This document shows, one piece after another, positions 1-9,618 of a stretch of 64,000 nt of DNA. Position 1 is the first letter of the stretch. Each line of letters begins with the position of its first letter. A program made the position numbers and the translations under genes. The DNA comes from Candidatus Aenigmatarchaeota archaeon (GTDB lineage: Archaea > Aenigmatarchaeota > Aenigmatarchaeia > PWEA01 > JACQIF01), in assembly GCA_016432325.1 (NCBI GenBank), contig CP066684.1, forward strand, positions 224,001 through 288,000. Reading direction: 5' to 3'. Below the pieces are notes generated by a model, which had not been told where the DNA came from, searched no databases, and worked only from the letters and a program-made list of their open reading frames with translations.

Positions 1-110
1 ACGCCAAGAGCGAGATTGTCCAGAACCACAAAGCCGCGCAGGCCGAGCTTCGGGTTATATATGTCGTATATTCGTTCAGGACCGAAGCCGTCGTAGGCGA
101 TTCCGTTCAT
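1..110 (-). CDS. Glu/Leu/Phe/Val dehydrogenase (glutamate dehydrogenase-like), N-terminal part, runs off window
   Basis: Not in ORF track. Manual translation from ATG at 110 gives MNGIAYDGFGPERIYDIYNPKLGLRGFVVLDNLALG, typical of the GDH N-terminus. Confidence 0.75.
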   Translation of the reverse strand, partial: MNGIAYDGFGPERIYDIYNPKLGLRGFVVLDNLALG

Positions 111-189
111 ACGAACCCGTTCGCGTGAGGGGATAAAAAGGTTTTGCGCAGGCCGAAAGTACAAATAGCGCTGCGTGCCAATACGGCGC

Positions 190-405
190 ATGAACGATGC
201 GGAGAGATGCGACAAGGCCAAGCGGATAATCCAGGAATGGACGGACAAACAAGGCCATGAGAGGTGCTGGTACTATCCAGACCTGTTCAACAGGCTGGCC
301 GTTCTGTTCAGCGTCAAGCCGACCAAGAATCCGTCGCTTCCGACGCTCGAAGAGTTCAGGGAAGGATGCAGGAGATATCAGCAAGAAGAGTACGCGAAAA
401 AATAA
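190..405 (+). CDS. small hypothetical protein
   Basis: ORF between gdh and trxB with plausible composition (WTDKQGHERCWYYPDLF). Confidence 0.55.
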   Translation: MNDAERCDKAKRIIQEWTDKQGHERCWYYPDLFNRLAVLFSVKPTKNPSLPTLEEFREGCRRYQQEEYAKK

Positions 406-1425
406 TCACGTGCAGACAATCTTCTTGCCGCCCAGATAGCTGTACGCCGAGAACGCCGCGAAGACGCCCTCTGCCGCGCCTGTTATGGCCTGCTTGAAAC
501 GCGTGTCGCAGACGTCGCCGGCGGCGTAAATTCCTTCGACGTTGGTACGCGCCTCGCGGTCTATGGTTATCTCGCCCTTCTCGTTGATGGCGACGCCTAT
601 CTTCTTCGCCAAGCCGCTCTGCGGGATGCCGCCTATCTCTATGAAGACGCCGTCGGTTTTGAATTCGTTCGAACCTTTGTATGGCTTGTCGAAGGTGACT
701 GACGCAACGACCTTCTCGCCGTTTATCTTCACCACATTCGTCTTGTTGATAATCTCTATTTTGCCCTCCTTCACGCGCTGCTCCACCAGCAGCCCGTTGA
801 CGGGTTCCGGTCTTATCGCCTCTCCCCGGTAAACGATGTAGACTTTCTTGCAGTGTTCGGACAGGAGCAACGCCTCCTTTGCTGCCGAGTCGGAACCGCC
901 TACCATGATGACGACCTTATTCTTGAAGAACGCGGCGTCACAGGTGGCGCAGTAGGAGACGCCTTTGTTTGCAAGCTCCTTTTCTCCGGGGACTCCTAGC
1001 TTCTTGTGTTCCGTCCCTGTGGCGAATACGACCGTTTTGCCGACGAACTCGCCGTGGCGTTTCGTGGCGACCTTCCAACAGACGCCTTTGCCGTTTACGT
1101 CCGTGACCTCATCCTCGAGAACGGGAATCTCAAACATCCTGATGTGCTCGTAGAACATGTCCATCATGTCCGGTCCGCTCACGGAGCCGAGAGGAGGATA
1201 GTTCTCCACGAGGTGCGTAGTCGTAATCAGGCCGCCGCGGAGCTTGCCTATGACGAGAACGGACAGGTTGAAGCGGGCGGCATATATGGCCGCCGAGTAA
1301 CCGGCGCATCCGGCGCCGATGACTATCATGTCATACTCTTTTGCAAGTTCTTTCTTGGCCTCGCCGCGCAGCAGCTTCAGCTCTTCGATGGAACCGGCTA
1401 TCGGTTTCTTGGATTTCTCTGCCAT
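406..1425 (-). CDS. trxB: thioredoxin reductase
   Basis: GAGCAG FAD motif, CATC active site, GGSDSA, GIYAAGD. Confidence 0.93.
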   Translation of the reverse strand: MAEKSKKPIAGSIEELKLLRGEAKKELAKEYDMIVIGAGCAGYSAAIYAARFNLSVLVIGKLRGGLITTTHLVENYPPLGSVSGPDMMDMFYEHIRMFEIPVLEDEVTDVNGKGVCWKVATKRHGEFVGKTVVFATGTEHKKLGVPGEKELANKGVSYCATCDAAFFKNKVVIMVGGSDSAAKEALLLSEHCKKVYIVYRGEAIRPEPVNGLLVEQRVKEGKIEIINKTNVVKINGEKVVASVTFDKPYKGSNEFKTDGVFIEIGGIPQSGLAKKIGVAINEKGEITIDREARTNVEGIYAAGDVCDTRFKQAITGAAEGVFAAFSAYSYLGGKKIVCT

Positions 1426-1486
1426 AAGAACGCTGTGGTTATGGTCTCATCGTATAAAAAGGCTCCAGCCGCCGCCGTTCGGGAAT

Positions 1487-1529
1487 TAACCACCGCCGGT
1501 GGTTACGAATCCATCACCACCGCGGTGGT
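1487..1529. promoter_or_regulatory. two tandem palindromes (ACCACCGCCGGTGGT, ACCACCGCGGTGGT) between divergent trxB and rSAM operon
   Basis: Inverted repeats at 1487-1505 and 1516-1529. Confidence 0.4.
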
Positions 1530-1577
1530 CGAAAAAGCTTGACCTTCCCGACGACAAACAAACGGCGAGGTGGTTTT

Positions 1578-1739
1578 GTGGAGGCGTACGTTGCGAAAAT
1601 GGGCGAGTGTCCGAGACCGATGGAGGATCTCTTGAGGGATTATGACCCGGGCCTGCGGTTCGAAGAGATGCCGGAAAGGCCTTACGTCAAACGACAGCTC
1701 GGTTGGCTGTCGATAATCGCGCGGTGCATGTGCGATTGA
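1578..1739 (+). CDS. small peptide ending RCMCD, candidate rSAM substrate
   Basis: GAGGTGG SD before GTG at 1578; 53 aa. Confidence 0.55.
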   Translation: MEAYVAKMGECPRPMEDLLRDYDPGLRFEEMPERPYVKRQLGWLSIIARCMCD

Positions 1740-1748
1740 GGTGGTGGT

Positions 1749-1904
1749 GTGGACCATGTTGCAGACGAGGAAGCAGAGAAGAAAACCCAGGAATACGTGG
1801 CGGATGGACGAAAAAAACTCTTCGGCCTGATACCGATTCCGTTGTTAGAGTGCGAGAACGGCAAGTGTTACATCTTCAGGAGGAAGAAGGATGAAGCTCG
1901 TTGA
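1749..1904 (+). CDS. small peptide (51 aa) with CENGKC, overlapping the rSAM start
   Basis: Not in ORF track. GAGGTGG SD then VDHVADEEAEKKTQEYVADGRKKLFGLIPIPLLECENGKCYIFRRKKDEAR*. Confidence 0.5.
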   Translation: MDHVADEEAEKKTQEYVADGRKKLFGLIPIPLLECENGKCYIFRRKKDEAR

Positions 1905-2850
1905 CATCGTGCCTGTCCTCGAGGACAACCAGTATAAACTGAAGAGCACAGTTGACGCGTACGAAGTATTGATAAACGAGGCGACTTGGCGAAGGCTCAG
2001 GGCGATGGGGACGAAGCCTCTGGACAGGTTGAAGGCCGACGACTATCTTCTCCACCTGATGCTGAGCGAACGCGGCCACATGGCGGAAGGCGTCTCGGAG
2101 CCGGTCCTGAGGGGCACGGAAGGCCTGCACGTGGTTGGAATAGAGACAACGGACATGTGCAACCTGCAGTGCGAACACTGCTATCTCGGCCCGAAGAAGA
2201 ACAAGACGCTGAGCAGGGAGGCGTTCAGGCGCGTCGTGGACGGCGCATACGAACTTGGCGCCTCCGCCATATCCGTTACAGGCGGAGAACCGAAGCTTGA
2301 CCCGGAACTTTTTGAAAAAATGGCATACGCGCGAAGCCGTGACTTCAAGGTCACGATGGTGACGAACGCGACTCTCTGGACGAGGGAGGACGCAAAAACG
2401 CTGCGCGATCTGCGCCTCGAAGCCGTCGCCGTGTCGCTCAACGGCCCCAAGAAAGAGCATGAGGCAATATACGGCGAAGGCCAGTACGAGCGCACCGTCG
2501 AACGCATGAAATGGCTCATAGAGGAGGGCAACAACGTCTACGTGAACTTCAACATCTACGACGGCAACGCGCACGTGCTCCCGGAGTTCGAGAAGTTCTG
2601 CAGAGAACTTGGCGTGAAGGGAATGAACGTCGGGCACATCAAACCCATCGGATGGGGAGCCAACATGAAAGACCGCATAGTCGAAGAGACTCCCGTCTGC
2701 TGCGGCCGCGGAGGAAAAGAGCAGATATTCGTGAAGGCCGACGGCCGCGTGATTCCGTGCGGCTTCCTGGACGACCAGACGATGGGAAACGTATACGCCG
2801 AGGGCCTGCCTGCGATATACAGGAGGCGCAGGGCCGCGGCTAAACCCTGA
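1891..2850 (+). CDS. radical SAM protein with truncated SPASM/Twitch domain
   Basis: CNLQCEHC, TGGEP, C-terminal CCG...ADGRVIPCGF...MGNV. Confidence 0.9.
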   Translation: MKLVDIVPVLEDNQYKLKSTVDAYEVLINEATWRRLRAMGTKPLDRLKADDYLLHLMLSERGHMAEGVSEPVLRGTEGLHVVGIETTDMCNLQCEHCYLGPKKNKTLSREAFRRVVDGAYELGASAISVTGGEPKLDPELFEKMAYARSRDFKVTMVTNATLWTREDAKTLRDLRLEAVAVSLNGPKKEHEAIYGEGQYERTVERMKWLIEEGNNVYVNFNIYDGNAHVLPEFEKFCRELGVKGMNVGHIKPIGWGANMKDRIVEETPVCCGRGGKEQIFVKADGRVIPCGFLDDQTMGNVYAEGLPAIYRRRRAAAKP

Positions 2851-3397
2851 TGACCTTGTCGCAGAGCTGTGCGATTTCAGAGCGCACGGTTTTGTCGGTC
2901 TCCTCTTCTATCGATATCATGATGCCGCTTATCCCGGATATCCGTATCTTGGTGAGCGTCGAGTGTATGAACCTGGCGAAGATCTCCGGTTTGTTGTGGA
3001 CCAGCATTGTCGTTATAGAATCTATGAAAAGGAACTTTTTACCTTCAATCATCTTTATAGCCTCGCTTGTCGCGAGCGATATCTCTGTCAGCGCCGTCGA
3101 GCCTTCCACGTGCACGACGTTGTCGGCTTCTGGCGGGTTTGCCATCATGCCTTTGCAAACCGTGTCCAGCAGGAAGACTTTTGAACGGGCGACGCCCTTC
3201 TTTTCGTACATGTCGAGCAGGTTGCGGCACGGCCTGCTGGCGGATATCACGATGCCCGTATAACTGCCGGACGTCATTATTTTTATCGCGGCCACTCCCA
3301 CGTCAGTCGATTTCTCGGCGTCTGTCTCGATGAGCGCTATCCAACCCTCCGGCAAGTCTTGGAGCTCCTTCTCCAGCGTCTCGGCGTAGCTCATCAC
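2840..3397 (-). CDS. degenerate KaiC/RecA-like ATPase-fold protein
   Basis: FLFIDSITTM Walker-B-like strand, CDKVIRV C-terminus, no Walker A. Confidence 0.7.
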   Translation of the reverse strand: MMSYAETLEKELQDLPEGWIALIETDAEKSTDVGVAAIKIMTSGSYTGIVISASRPCRNLLDMYEKKGVARSKVFLLDTVCKGMMANPPEADNVVHVEGSTALTEISLATSEAIKMIEGKKFLFIDSITTMLVHNKPEIFARFIHSTLTKIRISGISGIMISIEEETDKTVRSEIAQLCDKVIRV

Positions 3398-3948
3398 GTC
3401 ACCTTCACGACTTCGTCCACCTGCATCGCGATGTCACGGATGAACTTTTTATGCGTCAGGTCAGCGGCTACATTGAACACGAGGACAACCTCCTTCACCT
3501 CTCCCTTGCGCACCGTCCTTATGAGGAAGTCCGAAAAGCGCATGGTATCCGAGAGAGGCTTGTGGAGGGTCATGGTCGTCAGGGAGTCTACGAAGATGAA
3601 CTTCTTGCCGTCGAGCTTGTCGAGAGACGTGTATATGGCGCGGACGAGTTCGTCGATTTCCACCTCTTCTGAAACGGGCACGCACGTCTTGGCCTCGTGC
3701 GCGTCGGCTCCGCTGCAGGCGGAAGCCGCGTCCACGACGTAGATGCGATCGTTCTTTATCGCCTTCTTCTTGAAGAACGAGGAGAGGTTTTTGAAGGGGC
3801 GCTGGAAGCTCACGTACACTCCGGAGAACCCCTGACCTACAAAGAACTTGACCACGTCCGTGGCCTTGTCAAGATAGACATCCGTCGGGAGTTCTGTCAT
3901 TATCACGGCGCTCTCGTGCTTCGCGATTGCTTCCTGAAGGGTTGTCAT
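3394..3948 (-). CDS. degenerate KaiC/RecA-like ATPase-fold protein (paralog of 2840-3397)
   Basis: GVYVSFQRP, FIFVDSLTTM, VDEVVKV; no Walker A. Confidence 0.7.
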   Translation of the reverse strand: MTTLQEAIAKHESAVIMTELPTDVYLDKATDVVKFFVGQGFSGVYVSFQRPFKNLSSFFKKKAIKNDRIYVVDAASACSGADAHEAKTCVPVSEEVEIDELVRAIYTSLDKLDGKKFIFVDSLTTMTLHKPLSDTMRFSDFLIRTVRKGEVKEVVLVFNVAADLTHKKFIRDIAMQVDEVVKVT

Positions 3949-4050
3949 AGAAACCAGACTAGCGGAGCGCGATATAAATAGTTACTGCGCCAGCGCGATA
4001 ACTTTAAAACAGCGCTCTGTTTTAAATATGTCTGCCGCCTAAGCGCGCTT

Positions 4051-4590
4051 ATGCACGGCATAATATTCATCGAACTGAAGAAGTACGCCACAGAGAAGAT
4101 GGGAAGCGACGGATGGGAGAAGCTCCTCCGCGAAGCAAAGCTGGAAGACCGCCTCTACGTGCCTACTGAAGCGTATCCGGACGAGGAGGTGTCGGCGCTC
4201 GTAGGAGCCGCCGTCAAAATCTCAGGAGCGTCGGTCGATGCGATTCTCGAGGACTTCGGCCGGTTCATAGCCAAGGAACTCGTGTCCGTTTACGGCGCGC
4301 TCGTGAATCCGGACTGGACGACTCTGGACCTGATAGAGAACACCGAAAGCGTCATACACACGGTCGTGCGTACCACGACGCCCGGAGCGACTCCGCCTGA
4401 GATAAAGGTGGAGAGGACGTCCACAGACGCCGCCGTTGTCACCTACACGTCGAAAAGGAAGATGTGCTCTCTTGCAAAAGGCCTTATGAAAGGGCTTGCA
4501 GACCACTACGGCGAAGAGCTGGAGATAAAAGACGAGGCTTGCATGCTCAAGGGCGACGCGCTGTGCGTGATGCGCGTGAAGCGCGTCTGA
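4051..4590 (+). CDS. H-NOX (heme NO/O2-binding) domain protein
   Basis: MHGIIF start, YPDEE, proximal His (VIHTVV), YxSxR heme motif (YTSKR), C-terminal CMLKGDALC. Confidence 0.88.
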   Translation: MHGIIFIELKKYATEKMGSDGWEKLLREAKLEDRLYVPTEAYPDEEVSALVGAAVKISGASVDAILEDFGRFIAKELVSVYGALVNPDWTTLDLIENTESVIHTVVRTTTPGATPPEIKVERTSTDAAVVTYTSKRKMCSLAKGLMKGLADHYGEELEIKDEACMLKGDALCVMRVKRV

Positions 4591-6717
4591 CTATTTCTTC
4601 TTCAGCCGTTCCGCGTACTCCTTGAGTTCCGCAACGGTCATCTGCAGTTGCTGGTTCTTTATCGCAAGCTCCTTCTTGGCCTCTTCCTTCTCGCGAACGG
4701 CCTCCTCGAGTCTCTCCTTCTCTTTCGTGATTTCCGGAGCTGTCATCTGCATGGCGAGCTTTAGGCTGATAAGCACGCGGTCAAACGCACGGGCAAGGTC
4801 GCCTATTTCGTCTTTCGACATCTTCAGCTTGTCGTCTATCGTAACGTCCGTCTTGCCCTGCGAGAGAGCCTCGACCGTCTGCCTCAGAGCCGCGGTCCGC
4901 GCGCGGAAGCCGTTGTAATAAGAATAAACAATGCTGAACAGCAGCAGGCTGGACGCCACGCCTGCAGCCAATATAAAGAGAGGTATCGCGCTCGCAGTTT
5001 CTGCCGCCGACCCTTTGAATACGACTATCCAATCCCTGCCTGCTACGGGAACGGCGGCAGTTCTCGTGAACACCGGCACCGTGCCAGAGCCGGATTCGTA
5101 GAGCAGGTTCTCCGGCCTGATGGCGCTGTCGTATATCTCTATTCCGACTCCCGGGTTCTCTCCTATCGCGCTTACTATCAAATCTTTCACGATTATCGGC
5201 CCTGAGACGAAACCGGTTATCGCATTGTTCCTTTCTTCAATCGTGGAGGGTTCGCCATCATAGACAGGCACGAATATTACAACATCTTTGAAGGGGACGC
5301 CTGCGACGTCCTGCACGATCGTCAGGGGACCGGTTATCACGGGCTGTCCTGTTTCCAGCGCCTGTTCCAGCGCGCGGCGCCTTGTCGGTTCAGAATAGAC
5401 GTCGTATCCTATCGCCTTTTCGTTGGCTTCGTCAAGAGGCTCCAGGTACGCAACAGGCACGTACGTCTCGCGGTCGCCTGCCGGCGTTACAGAGAATCCG
5501 GAGAGGCCTTCAGAACGCAGGCGCGCGACGAGCTCGTTGCGTTCGACGGCGCCCCGCACGTACGGATCGAACCCTATTCCCTGTATGCCCGGGAGGCGCC
5601 TCTTCAAATCCTGCGTTGCGGCGAACTTGCGCCACTTTGAACTATCCACCTCGACGCCCTCGGCGAACGCCTTGGCGTCTATCATCGCCTGTTCGTAACT
5701 GGCCATCCTCGTTCCGATGGACGATTCCAGTTTTCCGGTAAATGCGTTGAACGAATCGTGCGCGCGGGAAGCTTCTGCGGCGTCAGCGCTCTGCCACACG
5801 ATGAACGTAACTATCAAACCAACGACAAGAATGGCAAACGGCGCCAGCGTAGTCCAAGACGCGCCGACCAACACGTCTTCCTTGCCGCGGAGACGGAAGG
5901 CAATGGTAAGCAGCATAACGGCTAACGCCACGAATGCGCCAGGAATAGCCGTGTCATACCATAGCACCCTGTCACGCCGGATTTTCGCTTCCGCGATATG
6001 CGTCGCTATGCTTTCCTGCGTGTACTCGTTGTGGAACGAGTTCCACGGAGCTATTCTCTCGCCGGTACGGATGTTATAGTAGTAGGCGATCGTGCGGTCC
6101 TCGTACTTGACCAGATAACCGGAAGTCGGCTCTATCCATACCCGAAGGTTTATGTCCAGATTTACTCCGCGGGATTCCGGGACGCCCGGCAGATGGCCGA
6201 GATTGGCCGTCTGGTCTGCACGATAATCAGTCTCGTACCTGTATACCATGAGGCCGTTCAGCGTCTCCTCCCCCTTGAATATCAGATTGGCGGGCTCGTC
6301 GTAGTTGACGTGCCAGTAGACGTAGCCGCTTTTGTCGGCATGGCGCGGGCCGAAGAGATATCCATTGCGAACGCGGTCTCCGGCGTCCGCAACATGGCGT
6401 CCGCTCTTGGCGTCTATGCCGTAGAGGCGCTCCACGGAGAATATCTTCTCTCCGGTAGGCTTGCGCACGTTGAAGTTGTTTTTTATCGTGCGCACGTCTC
6501 CCTTGCTCGAGACGGTTTCGTAGGAGAACCGCGTCACAGAGCCGACCTTTCCATTATATGCGTCTGTTTCTTCATTGTAGAAATTGTCCGTCGACGCGAC
6601 GTCCGCGGAATAATGGAAGTTGTTCTGTATTTCAAGGGCTTCTGGCGTGACTGCGAAAGTCCACGCCAGCGCGACAGCCGCGAATATCGCGGCCGCGAAA
6701 ATCAGAGTCTTTTGCAA
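4591..6717 (-). CDS. membrane sensor: DUF3068/PorA-like + CHASE + HAMP, no kinase or cyclase output
   Basis: WIEPTSGYLV (DUF3068-like); YLEPLDEANEKAIGYDVYSEPTRR and GRDW (CHASE); KDEIGDLARAFDR (HAMP); short coiled-coil end. Confidence 0.8.
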   Translation of the reverse strand: MQKTLIFAAAIFAAVALAWTFAVTPEALEIQNNFHYSADVASTDNFYNEETDAYNGKVGSVTRFSYETVSSKGDVRTIKNNFNVRKPTGEKIFSVERLYGIDAKSGRHVADAGDRVRNGYLFGPRHADKSGYVYWHVNYDEPANLIFKGEETLNGLMVYRYETDYRADQTANLGHLPGVPESRGVNLDINLRVWIEPTSGYLVKYEDRTIAYYYNIRTGERIAPWNSFHNEYTQESIATHIAEAKIRRDRVLWYDTAIPGAFVALAVMLLTIAFRLRGKEDVLVGASWTTLAPFAILVVGLIVTFIVWQSADAAEASRAHDSFNAFTGKLESSIGTRMASYEQAMIDAKAFAEGVEVDSSKWRKFAATQDLKRRLPGIQGIGFDPYVRGAVERNELVARLRSEGLSGFSVTPAGDRETYVPVAYLEPLDEANEKAIGYDVYSEPTRRRALEQALETGQPVITGPLTIVQDVAGVPFKDVVIFVPVYDGEPSTIEERNNAITGFVSGPIIVKDLIVSAIGENPGVGIEIYDSAIRPENLLYESGSGTVPVFTRTAAVPVAGRDWIVVFKGSAAETASAIPLFILAAGVASSLLLFSIVYSYYNGFRARTAALRQTVEALSQGKTDVTIDDKLKMSKDEIGDLARAFDRVLISLKLAMQMTAPEITKEKERLEEAVREKEEAKKELAIKNQQLQMTVAELKEYAERLKKK

Positions 6718-6755
6718 TCCATCACCTTGTCAGTGGTCGGGGCAAAGGAAACAAC

Positions 6756-8480
6756 CTAAGTCTTGAGGAATTTCCCAACGATGTCGCCTTCGCCGACGGC
6801 GTGTTCGCCCTTGAGGATGCGTCGCACGCTGTCCTTGAACTGGGCGGCGGAAGCGCTTGTCATCACGCCTTTCTTCGACAGGCCGTCTATGTAGGACTCT
6901 ATGTTTTCGAGCGTGAGGCCCTTCTTCGCAACCTCGGCATATGACTGGGTTCCCATGGGGCCTATGGCCTTTGAGAATGCGGTCTGCAGCTCCTCCTCCA
7001 CGGTCGCCGACACCTTTCGCGTAGAGCCGCTGAGGACTCCTTCATATCCGCTGAGAGCCGGTCCTATGACGTATCCGTCGTCCCCTATTGAAAATGTCCG
7101 CAACCCCTTGCTGTGGGCCGTTCCGCGCACCTTGATTATGGAAAGTACGTGACGCAGCTCGCCGGAGATCTCAACGAACCTGAGAGAGATTATGTTGTCG
7201 AGCATGGTGGAGATGTTGGCCTCTGTGAGTTTCGACGTTCCCACGAGCTCGGACGTTGCCACAGTGAAACACGCGGCCACGCCCTTCTGTTTCATGAGGC
7301 TGTTCAGCCTGCGGGCAAAGTCCACGAAATGCCTCTGGGGGAAAGAGGCTTCGAACGCCGACAGGGAGTCGACAACGCATCTCTTGACGCCGCGCTCTTC
7401 CATAATCTTCTTTATGTCGGCCAGGTGCTCCTCGGGCATCATCTCGCCCGGATACAGAGTGCGTATCGTGAGGAGTCCGCGGCGCTCGTACTCCGCAAAG
7501 TCCCATCCGAGGCTTCTGGCGTTCCTGATTATCTGGTCCCTGCTCTCCTCGAATCCCGCGTAGAGGCAGGGCTCTCCCTTGGCGACGCCTTCATTAACGA
7601 ACTGCATGCACAGAACGGTCTTTCCGGTGCCTGTGGGCCCGGAGACGAGTGTTGTGGAGCCGCGGAATACCCCGCCTAGAAGCATGGCGTCAAGCTCTTC
7701 CGAACCGGTGGAAACGCGTTCTGTGCTGGCCTGATATAGAAGAGTCGTGCGCAGCTTCGGGAAGATGATGATTCCGTTCTTGGTTATGCGGAACGACATC
7801 TCTTCCTCGTCGTAGCCGCGGCCTCTTACCTTGACTATGCCGACGGTCCTGTAAGGGCCGGTTTCCATCGCCGCGTGGTCCAGCACGAGTATTACGTCAG
7901 AGATGAACTCCTCCACGCCGTGGACGGACAGTCTGGACTTCTCCGTTATCTCGCCTGTCATCACTGTCGTGCAGCCGAGCGCCGCGAGCGACGTGCCAAG
8001 CTCGAAGATGAACTTGCGTATCTCGGCCTTGCTGTCAAGTCCGTACGTTATCGCAGTCATTGAGTCGATGCACAGGCGCTTGGCGTTGTTTTCTTTGACA
8101 TGCTTTTCCAAAAAAGCGATTACTTCGTCCGTTTTGAAGACGTCCGCGGCGCTCAGCAAAGAACGCATGTCGAGTATCTTTACCTTCTCCTGCTCGAGGA
8201 CGCTCCTGTCGTAAAAGGACAGCGTCTCGAGATTCTTCACGGACTTGAAGAGCGGTTCGGTGAGCGTGACGTAAACGCCGTTCTCGCCGTTCTTCGCGCC
8301 TTCGAAGAGCCACTGGAAGGAGAATACGGTCTTCCCGGTGCCTGAAGTGCCGGCCAAGAGCACGGCCGATTCCTTCGGGAAGCCTCCTCCCAGCACGCGG
8401 TCCAGTTCGACGATGCCTGTCGGGGAACTTTCCGAGACAGGCTCGGGTTTAGGAAACGAAGGTTTCTTCGGGGCCGGCAT
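6756..8480 (-). CDS. kaiC: double-domain KaiC-family ATPase
   Basis: Two Walker A motifs (GTSGTGKT, GPTGTGKT), FEES, NISTMLD (ST phosphosite equivalent), KVRG in both domains. Confidence 0.9.
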   Translation of the reverse strand: MPAPKKPSFPKPEPVSESSPTGIVELDRVLGGGFPKESAVLLAGTSGTGKTVFSFQWLFEGAKNGENGVYVTLTEPLFKSVKNLETLSFYDRSVLEQEKVKILDMRSLLSAADVFKTDEVIAFLEKHVKENNAKRLCIDSMTAITYGLDSKAEIRKFIFELGTSLAALGCTTVMTGEITEKSRLSVHGVEEFISDVILVLDHAAMETGPYRTVGIVKVRGRGYDEEEMSFRITKNGIIIFPKLRTTLLYQASTERVSTGSEELDAMLLGGVFRGSTTLVSGPTGTGKTVLCMQFVNEGVAKGEPCLYAGFEESRDQIIRNARSLGWDFAEYERRGLLTIRTLYPGEMMPEEHLADIKKIMEERGVKRCVVDSLSAFEASFPQRHFVDFARRLNSLMKQKGVAACFTVATSELVGTSKLTEANISTMLDNIISLRFVEISGELRHVLSIIKVRGTAHSKGLRTFSIGDDGYVIGPALSGYEGVLSGSTRKVSATVEEELQTAFSKAIGPMGTQSYAEVAKKGLTLENIESYIDGLSKKGVMTSASAAQFKDSVRRILKGEHAVGEGDIVGKFLKT

Positions 8481-8566
8481 ACGTTGCTATCCTCGCGACC
8501 CGTTATTAAAGGTTTAACGCGGGCGCGGTAAACTTAAAATGGCGGTTTTAAAGGTTTTGGCTGGCC

Positions 8567-8893
8567 CTAGTGGAGGTTTCTTTTGGCAGTTTCCAGGAAC
8601 TCCACCAGCTTCTCGTCCGAGTCCACGTATGTCCATGCGACGTTCATGGCCTTCGTGAGCGCCGCGAGCTCGCGTTCTATGACGCGGCGCGTGACTTCGT
8701 CGTCACTGACAAGCACGTGGACGCATTTGTCGTCTATCAGCGCCGCGGGCCCGTTGTCGTCTTCGGGGTTCATCGACGCTACCGTCAGGACGATGTCACC
8801 GTCCTCATTGACGAGGTCTATGGAATCCGCAGGAAGCTCTCCGAGAGGCCACACCTTTATACTCCTGAGATTCTCGTCTCCGTGGAGGCTCAT
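8567..8893 (-). CDS. hypothetical protein
   Basis: ORF with plausible acidic composition. Confidence 0.55.
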   Translation of the reverse strand: MSLHGDENLRSIKVWPLGELPADSIDLVNEDGDIVLTVASMNPEDDNGPAALIDDKCVHVLVSDDEVTRRVIERELAALTKAMNVAWTYVDSDEKLVEFLETAKRNLH

Positions 8894-8979
8894 AGTGTGT
8901 TTGCGCGTCCAAAAGATATAACCCGGACGCCGGAAAAGATATTTATTGACAAGCTTGCGAATTTCAGTCCAGTCGGCCG

Positions 8980-9618
8980 GTGTTTTGTGTGGTATTCTTT
9001 CCCCTGCGCGATGAAGGCGGCTCAGGAGGCGACTGGGTCAACAAGGGAATCATTATTCTGTGCGTCTTGATATTTCTCGCCACGCTTCCTATACACGACT
9101 ACGTCGTCGGCAACTTCGGCGTCGTTCCTGTCGAGGTCGCGGCAGGCGCGTCGCTCCTAACGTTACTGACGTCGATGTTCCTGCACGGAGGCTTCGTGCA
9201 CCTTCTGGGCAACATGTGGTATCTGTGGATATTCGGCGACAATGTCGAGCGCTCGATGGGCCACGCGCGTTACGCGGCGTTCTACCTTCTGGTCGGTCTG
9301 GCCGGTTCGCTCGCTCACATCGCGTCTGACCCAACGTCTACCATTCCAACCATAGGCGCGTCCGGCGCCATTTCAGGCGTGCTCGGCGCGTATCTTCTCC
9401 TGCACCCGCACAACAGGATAGACGCGATAACGACGATGGGCGTTCTCGCTCACGTGCAGATAAACGCCAAGTGGGTAATCGGTGCGTGGTTCGTCATACA
9501 GCTGTTCTTCTCCGGGTTCTCGCTGCTCGGCGCTGAAACGGGCGTGGCGTATCTGGCGCACGTCGGAGGATTCGTCGCGGGTTACGCGCTGGCGAGGCTG
9601 TTCGTTAAGAGGGTTTGA
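8980..9618 (+). CDS. rhomboid intramembrane serine protease
   Basis: MFLHGG..HLLGNM, GASG catalytic Ser, AHVGG catalytic His. Confidence 0.93.
   Translation: MFCVVFFPLRDEGGSGGDWVNKGIIILCVLIFLATLPIHDYVVGNFGVVPVEVAAGASLLTLLTSMFLHGGFVHLLGNMWYLWIFGDNVERSMGHARYAAFYLLVGLAGSLAHIASDPTSTIPTIGASGAISGVLGAYLLLHPHNRIDAITTMGVLAHVQINAKWVIGAWFVIQLFFSGFSLLGAETGVAYLAHVGGFVAGYALARLFVKRV

Noticed and set aside
6756-8480. Complete circadian clock
   Set aside because: No kaiA or kaiB in the window
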